From: an uncultured Trueperaceae bacterium
GTDB lineage: Bacteria; Deinococcota; Deinococci; Deinococcales; Trueperaceae
Length of the DNA stretch: 64,000 nucleotides
Direction: 5' to 3'
Assembly: GCA_963799485.1 (NCBI GenBank)
Contig: CAWCXJ010000005.1
Coordinates: forward strand, 64,001-128,000
The first letter of the stretch is position 1; every line of letters starts with the position of its first letter. Made by a program: the position numbers and the translations under genes. The notes under the pieces are model-generated. The model did not search any database and was not told where the DNA came from. It worked only from the letters and a program-made list of their open reading frames with translations. Shown piece by piece: positions 19,754 to 29,471 of the stretch.

Positions 19754-20135
19754 ATGCGTAACCGTAAGCAAAACCAGGGCTTCACCCTCATCGAGCTTCT
19801 CATCGTCATCGCCATCATCGGCATCCTGGCAGCGGTTCTCATCCCGAACCTGCTTTCGCACGGCCCGCGCAAACGAACACTGCCGCAAGCCTACATCCGC
19901 AACTGCGTACACAGCTGTTGAAACTGAACCGCGATCCCAGTAACACAAGCCCTCGCCCGCCGACGGTGATTGGACGGTGATCAGCTCGACGGCCTCCGCT
20001 ATCACAGACCACCCCAGCTGCTGTGGACGGCGCTGGCACCTTCGAGTCTGACGGTACCGGTGGCTTCTCGTGACTGCAACAAGCATTACCGGCACTGGGT
20101 TCACCTTCAACGGCTCAACTATGACAGCAAACTAA
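19754..20135 (+). pseudogene. pilA: Major type IV pilin, multiply frameshifted after the N-terminal helix
   Basis: AAGGAG RBS; MRNRKQNQG|FTLIELLIVIAIIGILAAVLIPNLL; in-frame stop at 19919-19921. Pilin-like pieces (AYIRNC, FTFNGSTMTAN*) continue to the TAA at 20135, followed by a terminator. Confidence 0.85.
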
Positions 20136-20152
20136 GCCAACCGCTTAATCCC

Positions 20153-20180
20153 AAGGCGAGCCTAACCGCTCGCCTTTTCT
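20153..20180 (+). terminator. Intrinsic terminator after the pilin gene
   Basis: AAGGCGAGC-ctaacc-GCTCGCCTT-TTCT. Confidence 0.8.
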
Positions 20181-20198
20181 CTATTGAAAGGCTCATCT

Positions 20199-20417
20199 AT
20201 GCTTACGGTTTTACGCGTCTTTTCAATCGCCTCTATTATCCTCGGGGTGTTCTGGGGCACTTACGCCCTCGCCAACGGCTTCCGCGCTCCCAACGGCGAC
20301 CCCTTTTACTTCATCCCGCAAGCCGCGGGCTTTCTGGTGCTGGGCGCAGCACTCTGGGCGGTGTTCGGGGCGCTGGCGCAGATTTTACGGCGGCTCGAGA
20401 AACTCGAAACGCCTTGA
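20199..20417 (+). CDS. Small two-TM hypothetical protein
   Basis: MLTVLRVFSIASIILGVFWG...FLVLGAALWAVFGALAQILRRLEK. Confidence 0.6.
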   Translation: MLTVLRVFSIASIILGVFWGTYALANGFRAPNGDPFYFIPQAAGFLVLGAALWAVFGALAQILRRLEKLETP

Positions 20418-20838
20418 CCGAACGTGAGAGGTACACTTTAGCTGAGGAGCCTATATCGACGCTGTTTTGGAGTTTGCCGCAAAACAGTTTGCCGTAAAAC
20501 CGGGCGCGCAGACATAAAGAAACTCCCACACATGGCCGGGGGTGAACATGTGCGGAGTTGTCTTGAGAAACGCAGCGCAGACCCGTTTGGACGCAAGCTG
20601 TTTCAACGTGACGCGGGTCTTGGCGAGCGTCACTACAAGTAACGCCGTAAAGCCGCGTTTGAATGCACGGCTAAATCCTGAACCATTTCTGCCGGAATGA
20701 CGCGCCGCACCGACTGTGCAGTTTTTTACATGAAGAAAGCTTTGCCTAATCTTAAGCTTTCCTTAAGCTTTGGTGAGCATCATAAAAGACGCGCCAGGGA
20801 AAATGCCGGGGCGTGCGTAAAAAGGGGAGGCCAACCCC

Positions 20839-20871
20839 AGCCCGTGTGAAGGTACCACGGGCTACTTTTTT
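20839..20871 (+). terminator. Intrinsic terminator ending a possible small RNA
   Basis: AGCCCGTG-tgaaggtac-CACGGGCT-ac-TTTTTT. Confidence 0.7.
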
Positions 20872-20928
20872 GCCGTGCTGCCGCCTGCGTGGTCAAAACG
20901 GTTCGTGAGACGCTCCGTAAGAATTGGG

Positions 20929-20962
20929 TGTAAGAATTTTGTCAGAACCCGTTTTATAGATT
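20929..20962 (+). promoter_or_regulatory. comZ-operon promoter: direct-repeat site plus -10 box
   Basis: TGTAAGAATTTTGTCAGAAC-N8-TAGATT; 19/20 identical to the pilin site. Confidence 0.65.
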
Positions 20963-20979
20963 GGTGCAGAAGGAGACTT

Positions 20980-23043
20980 ATGCAACCCCGCCCCACCTCA
21001 CCCGTTTTACCTAAAAACCTACCGGCTCAAAAGCCGAAATTCTCTCAGCGCCGGGGGCGGCAGGGTTTTACGCTGGATGATATGCCGGTTTCTCGCCCTA
21101 CACGTACCCGTCAGACGCAGGGAATTGCGCTCGTTATCGTGCTCTTGTCGGCGATGATTTTAATGGTTTCGCTGCTAGCTATCAGCGCGACGATGACGAT
21201 CTCGAGCCAGCGCACGACGGCTGACCAGGGTGTAACCCTGCAAGCGCAGTACGCTGCCGAGGCAGGTTTGGCACGTGCCACCAATAATTTTCTAGAGATT
21301 CAATCTGTGATGCAGCAGCTTCGCGTCAGCTCAGGACAAAATGCCAACAACGTCAACACCCACATTGACAAGTTTTGTGACACCAAAGCAGCAAATTTGC
21401 CGTCAAAATATAGTGACTACAGCAACTGGACAGCAGACGAAAAGAAAGACGGGCTTCCGCTCTGCACCGCCATCAACCTTAACAGTAACGGGAATAGCCG
21501 GTATTCACTTTTTACGGCGTATGTACCTAGCAAAGCTTACCCAAACGGCGCTTCGCCCGGTCAGTACTGGCGGCAGGCTTTCTCGAGTGGTACGGACAAC
21601 ACAGCTACAACAAGAATCGCTGTTGACGCCAAGAGTGGAGCCGAAACCTGGTACACCGTGACGTATGGGCTAATGCCGAAAGGCGTAAGGCTTATGGCAC
21701 CCGACTACTTCCGCTTTTCGTTTGTGGTCACTGTAACAGAATCCGTGGGTGAGGTTCGCGTAGGGCCGCGCGTCGTCGCACGTCGAAAGATCGTACTAGG
21801 CGCTGTTGAAAATCAGTATGTCGATATTGCCCTACCTTCGCTGGCGTCTTACGCGCTGTTTCGTAACAACACCAAATCACTCACCGGCGGGCAGCTATAT
21901 TTTGCGGGCGGCGAAGTGTTTGACGGGCCGGTTCACACCAACGGCACGCCGGGGTTTTATAAGGTAAGCGGCAAAACTCCTATTTTCAAAGACGCTTTTA
22001 CCTCTGAAGCAAAATCCGGCACGTACTTTGGTTATGGCAACACAGCTGACTACGATAGTACGTTTCAAAAATCCGTTGAGTTTGATACAAATAAAATTGA
22101 GCTCCCCAAGAATAGCAACAATCAGCTCCGCGCATCATTTGGCGGAGACGCGCGAGACGGCAAGGAAGTCAAAAACGAAGAACTAAGAGACGCCTGGAAC
22201 CTTGACGAAGGCAAAAAGACGAATAAGGATCCGATGCCAACTGGCGTCTACTACAGCAAAGGCGACGGCAAAAAAGCGAACTATCAAAGCAACTGGGCAG
22301 ATAACGACGACAGCGACGGTATAACCAACAAAGGTGGCATTTATATCAGTGGAGACGTGTCTCAGCTTAAGTTTTCCACGCAGAGCGACCGTCAGGTCAT
22401 CGAGATTACTCAGAGTTCGAAGAAAACGCGTTTTGAAGAAAACGCTAACGGCACCTGGACGGTTAAAGAAAACGGTACAACGGTCAAAACGCTCTCCGGC
22501 ACCTTCAATGGCATGATCTATGTTGATGGCAATGTCCTTGACTTAAGTGGTGACGGTTCTTCAGCTGCCGATGTTGCCAAAAACTCTCAGCTCACTCTTG
22601 CTAGTACCGGCGGCATGACGATCAAGCAAGACATCACCTACGCGCAAGACCCACGTACCGACACCTCAGCGACCAATGTTTTAGGACTGTACTCGAGCAA
22701 CGGCAGCATCTTGGCAGACGGCCCCTCGAGCAAAGACTTGAACATCCACGCCACCATCATGGCCTCGGCGGACAAAGAAGGATTTGGAACAGTCGACTAC
22801 ACAGTCAAAAGGCTATTCAGCAGTCAACAAGCGCGTATCAACTTACTGGGCGGCATCATCGAAGACACATCTCAGGCTGTAGGCACTACAAGTGGTGGCG
22901 GTTACGCGCGTAACTATGTTTACGACCGCAGGTTTCGTTCAGGGTTTAGGCCGCCATACTTTCCTACGCAGCAGGTTTGGCAAACAAACACGAGCCCACT
23001 TGCCAACAAGTCAGGGGTATGGCAACCCGTAGCGGGTTACTGA
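20980..23043 (+). CDS. Large PilX/ComZ-like pilin-tip protein (DUF4900-like)
   Basis: QG|IALVIVLL...AQYAAEAGL PilX-type N-terminus; FDGPVHTNG; FNGMIYVDG; YDRRF..GFRPPYFP; AGGAG RBS. Confidence 0.8.
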   Translation: MQPRPTSPVLPKNLPAQKPKFSQRRGRQGFTLDDMPVSRPTRTRQTQGIALVIVLLSAMILMVSLLAISATMTISSQRTTADQGVTLQAQYAAEAGLARATNNFLEIQSVMQQLRVSSGQNANNVNTHIDKFCDTKAANLPSKYSDYSNWTADEKKDGLPLCTAINLNSNGNSRYSLFTAYVPSKAYPNGASPGQYWRQAFSSGTDNTATTRIAVDAKSGAETWYTVTYGLMPKGVRLMAPDYFRFSFVVTVTESVGEVRVGPRVVARRKIVLGAVENQYVDIALPSLASYALFRNNTKSLTGGQLYFAGGEVFDGPVHTNGTPGFYKVSGKTPIFKDAFTSEAKSGTYFGYGNTADYDSTFQKSVEFDTNKIELPKNSNNQLRASFGGDARDGKEVKNEELRDAWNLDEGKKTNKDPMPTGVYYSKGDGKKANYQSNWADNDDSDGITNKGGIYISGDVSQLKFSTQSDRQVIEITQSSKKTRFEENANGTWTVKENGTTVKTLSGTFNGMIYVDGNVLDLSGDGSSAADVAKNSQLTLASTGGMTIKQDITYAQDPRTDTSATNVLGLYSSNGSILADGPSSKDLNIHATIMASADKEGFGTVDYTVKRLFSSQQARINLLGGIIEDTSQAVGTTSGGGYARNYVYDRRFRSGFRPPYFPTQQVWQTNTSPLANKSGVWQPVAGY

Positions 23044-23474
23044 TGCGGAAGGGTTTTACCGTGCTCGAGCTGCTCATCGTCTGCGCAATTATCGGGATTC
23101 TTATAGCCGTGGGCTTCGTATCGTTTCGCGGCGCGATAGACCGTTCACGCCTGTCCGAAGCGAGCGCCCAAGTCGTCGCCGACTTGCAGCGGGTGAGGAG
23201 CGCCGCACAACGCTACAACCAGAACGCTTCGTTTACGACGGCAGGAAAAACCGTTACCAGCTATACCGTTTCGCTCGGCGGTCAAAACCTTACCTATACG
23301 TTACCGGCGGGTACGCAGCTGGCCTCGAGCGACAAACTCAACCTCACGTATAGCGCACCTTTCGGCGAAGTTGGCATGACCAACACCGACTTGACCCTTT
23401 CACTCCAGAAGCAGCCCACCCAAACCAGAGTCATCAAAGTGTTGGGCGTGACCGGAAAGGTTTATCTAAAGTGA
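23043..23474 (+). CDS. Minor pilin (FimT/GspH-like)
   Basis: MRKG|FTVLELLIV prepilin motif. Confidence 0.85.
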   Translation: MRKGFTVLELLIVCAIIGILIAVGFVSFRGAIDRSRLSEASAQVVADLQRVRSAAQRYNQNASFTTAGKTVTSYTVSLGGQNLTYTLPAGTQLASSDKLNLTYSAPFGEVGMTNTDLTLSLQKQPTQTRVIKVLGVTGKVYLK

Positions 23475-23962
23475 AGTCAGCGCGCGGTTTTACCCTTATC
23501 GAAATGCTGGCGGCGACAGTTATTCTGGGCGTTATCATTACGGTTGTCCTCGGGCCGCTAAGCCAACTGTTCCAGAACACCAGTCGCAGTGACAGATCGC
23601 TGCAAGCCACAACACAAGCCCAAGAACTCGTCGAGCATATCCGGGGCCAGTGGCAGTCTTATCCGGTCAACCTCGATCCGACAACTTCAGCAGACCTCAA
23701 CGCAGCTAAACGGACCGAGAGTTTGGACAAGTACGACAAAACCTGTTATACCCCGCTTCCCAGCGTAGCCGGCCTAACCCGCATCATCGAAGTGCGTGCG
23801 CTCGACCGTGATGCGGTCGCGGGTAGTGCCCTCACTTTAAATACGAATTGTGCAACGACCACCGCAAGCTCGAGCCCGCCACCTATGAAGCGCGTCAGTG
23901 TTACCGTAAAAACTGCCGACGGGAATCAGAGCGTGCTTACCCTAGACGTACCAAGACCATGA
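23471..23962 (+). CDS. Minor pilin (PilV-like)
   Basis: RG|FTLIEMLAA prepilin motif. Confidence 0.85.
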   Translation: MKSARGFTLIEMLAATVILGVIITVVLGPLSQLFQNTSRSDRSLQATTQAQELVEHIRGQWQSYPVNLDPTTSADLNAAKRTESLDKYDKTCYTPLPSVAGLTRIIEVRALDRDAVAGSALTLNTNCATTTASSSPPPMKRVSVTVKTADGNQSVLTLDVPRP

Positions 23963-24795
23963 ACCGGGTAAGGACGAATAAGTCCACGCTTAACTGTGCC
24001 GGCTTCACCCTGCTAGAACTCCTCGTCAGCATGGTGATTTTAGGTATTCTGATGCTTGCATTCACACAGATTTTTGGCGGCTCACTTAAAGCAGCAGGCC
24101 AGATCAACGGTCGGAACGAGCTCGTCACTGAGGGCCAGGTCGCACAGCAGCTTATTGCTGCCAGGTTACAAAGTGCTGCTTACGTTTACCCAGCAGGTAC
24201 AACCATGCAGCTGAGTAGTAGTGGACTGACCTCTAAAAACACCGTAGGCCCGAGCAGTGGTCAAAACTGGAAGGTTGGAACCGACCCGATTCTGGCGATG
24301 GTCTTGCCTCCCAAGGCGACAGGAACCTGCAACAACAGTACCGACGTCAACAAAGACGCTTGCTTTACGTTTTACGCTTATTATCCCTACAAAAGGGGGT
24401 CACTTACCAGTAGTGGTTTGGCAGAAGCACCTACAGAGAACCCGGCAAACGACGATCAGTGGGTACTTATGCAGTACAAGAGCTACATTTATGACGGTAT
24501 CACGCGCTCTTCCTTGTCGACTACGCCGCCTTCAGCCTGGTCGTACACGTCTATCCTGAGTGGTGGATCCCCCAATATACGCAGCCAGCCTGCAAACGTT
24601 TTGGTTGATTACCTGCAACCCGCAACCAGTGCTCCAACCTACACGATGTTTGCCATAGACGCGACTAGTGCCACAAAAAGTGTAACACTCAACTTACGCT
24701 TTTTACAGATGAGGGGCACAAAGGCGCTGAGGGTACCCGCCGCAACGGGCTCAGCGCCGCTGAGTACCAGGGTCTATCCGCGTAACTGGTACTAG
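23959..24795 (+). CDS. Minor pilin (PilW-like)
   Basis: AG|FTLLELLVSM prepilin motif; ends VYPRNWY. Confidence 0.85.
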   Translation: MNRVRTNKSTLNCAGFTLLELLVSMVILGILMLAFTQIFGGSLKAAGQINGRNELVTEGQVAQQLIAARLQSAAYVYPAGTTMQLSSSGLTSKNTVGPSSGQNWKVGTDPILAMVLPPKATGTCNNSTDVNKDACFTFYAYYPYKRGSLTSSGLAEAPTENPANDDQWVLMQYKSYIYDGITRSSLSTTPPSAWSYTSILSGGSPNIRSQPANVLVDYLQPATSAPTYTMFAIDATSATKSVTLNLRFLQMRGTKALRVPAATGSAPLSTRVYPRNWY

Positions 24796-24810
24796 CGGTT
24801 TTGTAAAAAC

Positions 24811-26598
24811 TTACTCCCCGCTCGAGAGCACCGCCAAAAACGCCTCTTGCGGCACCTCGACCGTCCCTAACTGCTTCATCCGCTCTTTACCCTTTTTCTG
24901 TTTCTCCAAAAGCTTGCGTTTACGCGTGATGTCACCGCCGTAGCACTTGGCAGTCACGTCTTTGCGGAAGGCGCGGACGGTGGCGCGGGCTAACACCTTG
25001 CTGCCAATCGCGGCCTGAATCGGGACGGCGAACATCTGCCGGGGGATGACCTCGGCCATCTTATCGACGATTTTTCGGCCCAGCGCGTACGCCTTGTCGC
25101 GGTGAACGATGACCGCAAGCGCGTCCACTTTTTCGTCGTTGACCATGATGTCTACCTTGACGAGGTTACCCTCGCGGTACTCCAAGGACTCGTAGTCCAT
25201 GCTGGCGTAGCCGCGCGTCAACGATTTGAGGCGGTCGTGAAAGTCGTACAAGATTTCGCCGAAGGGGATTTCGTAGCGCAGCTCGACGCGCCGCCCGTGA
25301 TAGATCATGTTTTTCATCTCGCCGCGCCGCTCTTGCAACAAGCCCATCATATTGCCGACGTACTCTTCGGGCACGTAGATGTTGAGCTTGACGTAAGGCT
25401 CTAAAATCCGGGCAATTTTGCCGGGGTCGGGCAGGTCGGCGGGGTTTTGGATGCGCTCCGAGGAGCCGTCGGTGCGTTCGATTTCGTAAATGACTGCCGG
25501 GGCGGTGGCAATCAGGCCCAGGTCGAACTCGCGCTCGAGCCTAGCCTGCACGATGTCCGCGTGCAGCAGCCCTAAAAAGCCGCACCGAAACCCGAACCCC
25601 AACGCTTCCGAAGTCTCAGGTTCAAAGGTAAAGGCCGCGTCGTTTAACGAGAGTTTCTCGAGTGCCTCGCGGAGTTTCGGGTAATCTTCCGAATCGGTCG
25701 GGTAAAGCCCCGAGAACACCACCGGTTGCGCGGGCTTAAAACCGGGGATGATGTTCTCTGTCGGGCGGGTTGCGCCCGTAATGGTGTCGCCGATCTGCGT
25801 GTCCGAGATGTCTTTGATGGCCGCTGTAAGCCAGCCCACCTCACCGGGGCCGAGCTGCTCGGACACAGTGGGCGCTGGCGAAAAGAACCCGACTTTATCG
25901 ACCGTAAAGGTCTTGCCGGTGCTGACGATTTTGATGGCGTCGCCCTCTTTAACCGTGCCGTCGAATACCCGGACAAACGAAATTACGCCCTGATACGAAT
26001 CGAACACGGCGTCGAAAATCAGGCACGAAAGGGGCGCTTTGGCGTCGCCTTGCGGCGGCGGCAGGTGGGCAACGATGCCTTCTAAAATCGCCTCGACGTT
26101 TTCGCCGGTCTTGGCTGAGACCGCGACTGCGAAGTCGCCGGGGATGCCGACGACTTCCTCCAATTCTTCAATCGCGCCGGCAGGGTCCGCGTTGGGCAGG
26201 TCGATTTTGTTGACCACCGGCAAGACTTCCAAGCCGTTGTCGGTTGCCAGATACGCGTTTTGGATGGTCTGCGCCTCGACCCCTTGCGACGCGTCGATGA
26301 CGAGCAGGACGCCTTCACACGCCCGCAGCGAGCGCGACACTTCATAGTTGAAATCGACGTGACCGGGGGTGTCGATGAGGTTAAACATATACGGCGCGCC
26401 GTTTTTGGCGGTGTAGGTCAGGCGCATCGGGGTGGCTTTGATGGTGATGCCCCGTTCGCGCTCGAGCTCTAGCGTGTCCAACATCTGATCGCGGCGGCCC
26501 CGCTCGGAGACGGCCTGCGTCAGCTCCAAGATGCGGTCGGCAAGGGTCGATTTGCCGTGGTCCACATGTGCGATGATCGAAAAGTTACGGATTTCCAC
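24811..26598 (-). CDS. lepA: Translation elongation factor 4
   Basis: [41 protein letters not shown]. Confidence 0.98.
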   Translation of the reverse strand: MEIRNFSIIAHVDHGKSTLADRILELTQAVSERGRRDQMLDTLELERERGITIKATPMRLTYTAKNGAPYMFNLIDTPGHVDFNYEVSRSLRACEGVLLVIDASQGVEAQTIQNAYLATDNGLEVLPVVNKIDLPNADPAGAIEELEEVVGIPGDFAVAVSAKTGENVEAILEGIVAHLPPPQGDAKAPLSCLIFDAVFDSYQGVISFVRVFDGTVKEGDAIKIVSTGKTFTVDKVGFFSPAPTVSEQLGPGEVGWLTAAIKDISDTQIGDTITGATRPTENIIPGFKPAQPVVFSGLYPTDSEDYPKLREALEKLSLNDAAFTFEPETSEALGFGFRCGFLGLLHADIVQARLEREFDLGLIATAPAVIYEIERTDGSSERIQNPADLPDPGKIARILEPYVKLNIYVPEEYVGNMMGLLQERRGEMKNMIYHGRRVELRYEIPFGEILYDFHDRLKSLTRGYASMDYESLEYREGNLVKVDIMVNDEKVDALAVIVHRDKAYALGRKIVDKMAEVIPRQMFAVPIQAAIGSKVLARATVRAFRKDVTAKCYGGDITRKRKLLEKQKKGKERMKQLGTVEVPQEAFLAVLSSGE

Positions 26599-26637
26599 AG
26601 GTCATTGTAGCCCGGACAGGTAGCGCAATAGGTGTTG

Positions 26638-26705
26638 AGCAATGAGCAGAAAGCTAGTAGGCCATGAGGGAAAATCAAAAGCTTTTACGCGTTGCTCATG
26701 ACTTA
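26638..26705 (+). repeat. Dispersed ~67-bp repeat, copy B (inverted relative to copy A)
   Basis: agcaatgagcagaaagctagtaggccatgagggaaaatcaaaagcttttacgcgttgctc. Confidence 0.8.
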
Positions 26706-26754
26706 TTGCTGCTTCATACCTTCTTGTCTCCAGCTTCGTGTCACGATCAGAACC

Positions 26755-27555
26755 GTGGACATTTCCAACCTTTACGGCAGCCCCCGGCATCAGGGGTTTG
26801 TACTCGGTCAAAGCAAACGGCGTGCGCTGCTCTTGCACGGCTTTCCCGGTACACCCGCTGAGATGTTGCCGCTCGCCGAGGCGCTGACCGAGGGGGGGCT
26901 CGAGGTTCACGGCCCGCTCTTGCCCGGTTTCGGCCTGGACATAGAAAATCTGGGCAAAACGCGCTGGCAGGACTGGGTAAGGGCGGCGCAAACGGCCTGG
27001 ACGCAAGTTCAAAACGGCGCAGAGACGACCTTGCTGCTGGGGTTTTCAATGGGTGGGGCGGTGGCGCTCAACCTGACGGCGAACCCCGACCGGCTTGTGC
27101 TCATCGCCCCGTTTTGGCGTTTTACCGACCCGCGTGCGAAACTCTTGCCTGTTGCCCGTTTTGTCTTGCCGCAACTCAAGCCGTTTCAAAACGCGGACTT
27201 CAGCGCCGAGGTGGTGCGTTCGCAGTTCCGGCGGCTCGAGCCCGCCCTCGACTTGGACGACCCCGAGGTTCAAAAAGAGCTTAAGGAAAAGGTCGTCTTG
27301 CCCACCTCGTCTTTGGTAGAACTTCAGCGGCTCGGTAAGCAGGCGTACCGGGCCGCGCCACGGGTCAAGGCTCCCGTGCTCGTGCTTCAGGGCCGGTGCG
27401 ACCGGACCGTCGCTCTTACCGATACCCGCCGCCTGGCCGCACGCCTGGGCAGTCCCCTCAGCTTGCTCGAGCTTGACGGCACACACGAGCTGATCAGCCC
27501 GAACGCGGCGGGGTTTGAAGGGGTAGTGGGGCGACTCAAAACGTTTCTAGGCTGA
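26755..27555 (+). CDS. Alpha/beta hydrolase (carboxylesterase-like)
   Basis: LLHGFPG, GFSMGG nucleophile elbow, QGRCD, TH. Confidence 0.88.
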   Translation: MDISNLYGSPRHQGFVLGQSKRRALLLHGFPGTPAEMLPLAEALTEGGLEVHGPLLPGFGLDIENLGKTRWQDWVRAAQTAWTQVQNGAETTLLLGFSMGGAVALNLTANPDRLVLIAPFWRFTDPRAKLLPVARFVLPQLKPFQNADFSAEVVRSQFRRLEPALDLDDPEVQKELKEKVVLPTSSLVELQRLGKQAYRAAPRVKAPVLVLQGRCDRTVALTDTRRLAARLGSPLSLLELDGTHELISPNAAGFEGVVGRLKTFLG

Positions 27556-27803
27556 CGCCGGGCGGGTCTGACGAGGCTGCCCCCGTCAGGAACAGCTCAC
27601 CCTTCTAAAACGTCGGTGTGAGCTGTAGCAAAACTCATCGCCGGATTTCCAGAAGCTGAGATACACGCTCCGAAGGGGCCAACTGTGAGCGTTTCACGGC
27701 CTCGTGCGCCGATAAACCCGAGGCTGGCCGCGAGCTGTTTTAACGCCTGCTCAGCCATATCGTTTTCTCCAGCGGTCACTTGCTGCAAAACTCGGCACAA
27801 AAC

Positions 27804-28901
27804 TCAACTGAGTGCTCGCCATTCGCGTTCCAAAATTGCAAACACCACGTTGTCCGCCCATTCGCCTTTGAACCACAAGTCTTCTTTATGGTGCGCTTCT
27901 TGCCGCATTCCGAGGCGTTCCATGAGTTTGATTGAAGGCAGGTTACGCGGGTCGGTAACGCCCCGGATGCGGTGCAGCCCTTTTTCGGTAAAGGCGTGAT
28001 GAAAAAGCGCTTTTACGGCTTCGGTCGCCAGACCTCGCCCCTGAAATCTGGGGTCGAAGGTGTAACCGATTTCCGCTTGTTTGCCCGCTTCGTCCATTTT
28101 GAAATAGAGGTCGCCGATAAGCGCGTCGGTACTTTTTAGCGCCACTCCGAACTGAAACCAGTTTCCGGCAGAAAAGGGCTCGAGCACCTTGCAACCGTTT
28201 ATCAGCTCACGCGCTTCTTCGGCGGTGTAGCTTTCCCACAGCTGCATCCAGGCGACTTCGCTCAGGTTGCGGTAGGCGACGAGCGCGTCCAAATCGTTAT
28301 CGCGTAAACGGCGAAGCGTGAGGCGTTCGGTTTCGACGGCCCTAAACGTCGTGCGTGTTTGCCGGGCCCGGTAGTCGGGTGCTAACAAACTCATCTTGAC
28401 AGCGTTGTGATACTCCCCGTTCCAAAACAGTACATCGCGTAAAATACCTTCTTGCACAAAGCCGAGTTTTTTGTAAAGGTGCTGCGCGCGTGGGTTGAAC
28501 GTGAAAACTTCCAGGCCGACGCGGTGGAGTTCCAGCACCTCGAACGCGTGCTTGAGCAGCAGTTCGGCCGCTTCGCTGCCGTAACCTTTGCCGCGATTTT
28601 CCGGCCCGCTTATCGCAATGCGAAAATGCGCCGACTTGTTCGTCCAGTCGATCTCATTTAAGACGATCTCGCCCCGGTAGCGCGGGTCGTCCGACAGGGT
28701 GACGGCGTAATCCAGGCGGTCGTCGGCCCCGGCAACGCACGCACAAAACGCCCTGACTTGCGCCAGCGTAAAGTTTTCTTGCGTGCCGGTCAGCTTCAGC
28801 GCTTCTTCGTCGCCGAGACCGGCAAATATTGCTTCGGCGTCCTCGGCGGTGATGGGCCGCAGCGCGATAGTCTTGCCTTTCAAAATAGGTTTGTCGAGCA
28901 T
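27804..28901 (-). CDS. Tandem-domain GNAT (RimJ/RimL-type) acetyltransferase
   Basis: Two domains: RGKGYGSEA...NPRAQHLYKKLGF and QGRGLATEA...NLPSIKLMERLGM. Confidence 0.9.
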   Translation of the reverse strand: MLDKPILKGKTIALRPITAEDAEAIFAGLGDEEALKLTGTQENFTLAQVRAFCACVAGADDRLDYAVTLSDDPRYRGEIVLNEIDWTNKSAHFRIAISGPENRGKGYGSEAAELLLKHAFEVLELHRVGLEVFTFNPRAQHLYKKLGFVQEGILRDVLFWNGEYHNAVKMSLLAPDYRARQTRTTFRAVETERLTLRRLRDNDLDALVAYRNLSEVAWMQLWESYTAEEARELINGCKVLEPFSAGNWFQFGVALKSTDALIGDLYFKMDEAGKQAEIGYTFDPRFQGRGLATEAVKALFHHAFTEKGLHRIRGVTDPRNLPSIKLMERLGMRQEAHHKEDLWFKGEWADNVVFAILEREWRALS

Positions 28902-29301
28902 AGCGTACTCCCTTTTGCCCTGACTCGAGCCGGCTGCGGTGTGTTTTCTCTTTCGAGCCTACAAGTACAGATTATTTAAGGACAAGTGCGATAACTGTCG
29001 GGACAAACTGCCGGCTTATAGCCGAAGTGGAGCCTGGTACACGGGACGAACCGCTCCAACACGCACAGCTGTTTGCGGGCCGTAAACGCCACTACTGTCG
29101 CCACGCGTGCCTTCAAGGATAGTTAAGGATATGACGTAAGCGACTGTAAGAAATCAGAGCCGTAGGCGGGCAAACCGTCGTCATACTTGACCAAACTGTG
29201 GACTCCAGAAAGCCGAATTTCCTCTAGAATATCCCCGCACCCCGAACGACCACATGCGAGCACTTTTGGAAAAAGTTCCAAGTGCCCGCCCGCCGGTTTC
29301 G

Positions 29302-29330
29302 TTGACACCTACAAAGCAGGTTGCTATGCT
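29302..29330 (+). promoter_or_regulatory. Sigma70-type promoter of the V/A-ATPase operon
   Basis: TTGACA-N17-TATGCT. Confidence 0.8.
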
Positions 29331-29471
29331 GAAACGCGTAAAGCGCGATAGGTCTACTTCGCGTTTTTTTATGCCGTAAGATGCAACCCTTGTCCCGGCT
29401 TCGGCTGTGGTTCCCGAACTGTGCCGAAATCCGGTAAAGGTGTGTCTTTACTCATAGGGAAGGAGGATCGC

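Noticed and set aside
19754..20135. Diversity-generating retroelement acting on the pilin
   Set aside because: No reverse transcriptase or template repeat in the window, and the changes are indels rather than adenine substitutions.
19639..20497. ORF-track calls around the pilin gene (19639-19872, 19718-20110, 19970-20497)
   Set aside because: They are antisense or off-frame shadows of the broken plus-strand pilin and the small membrane gene.
20520..20870. c-di-GMP riboswitch upstream of the pilus genes
   Set aside because: Some hairpins are present, but I could not match the class I or class II consensus cores.
27566..27600. Hammerhead ribozyme (CTGACGA core)
   Set aside because: No correctly placed GAAA or closing stems; a simple hairpin between convergent genes explains it.
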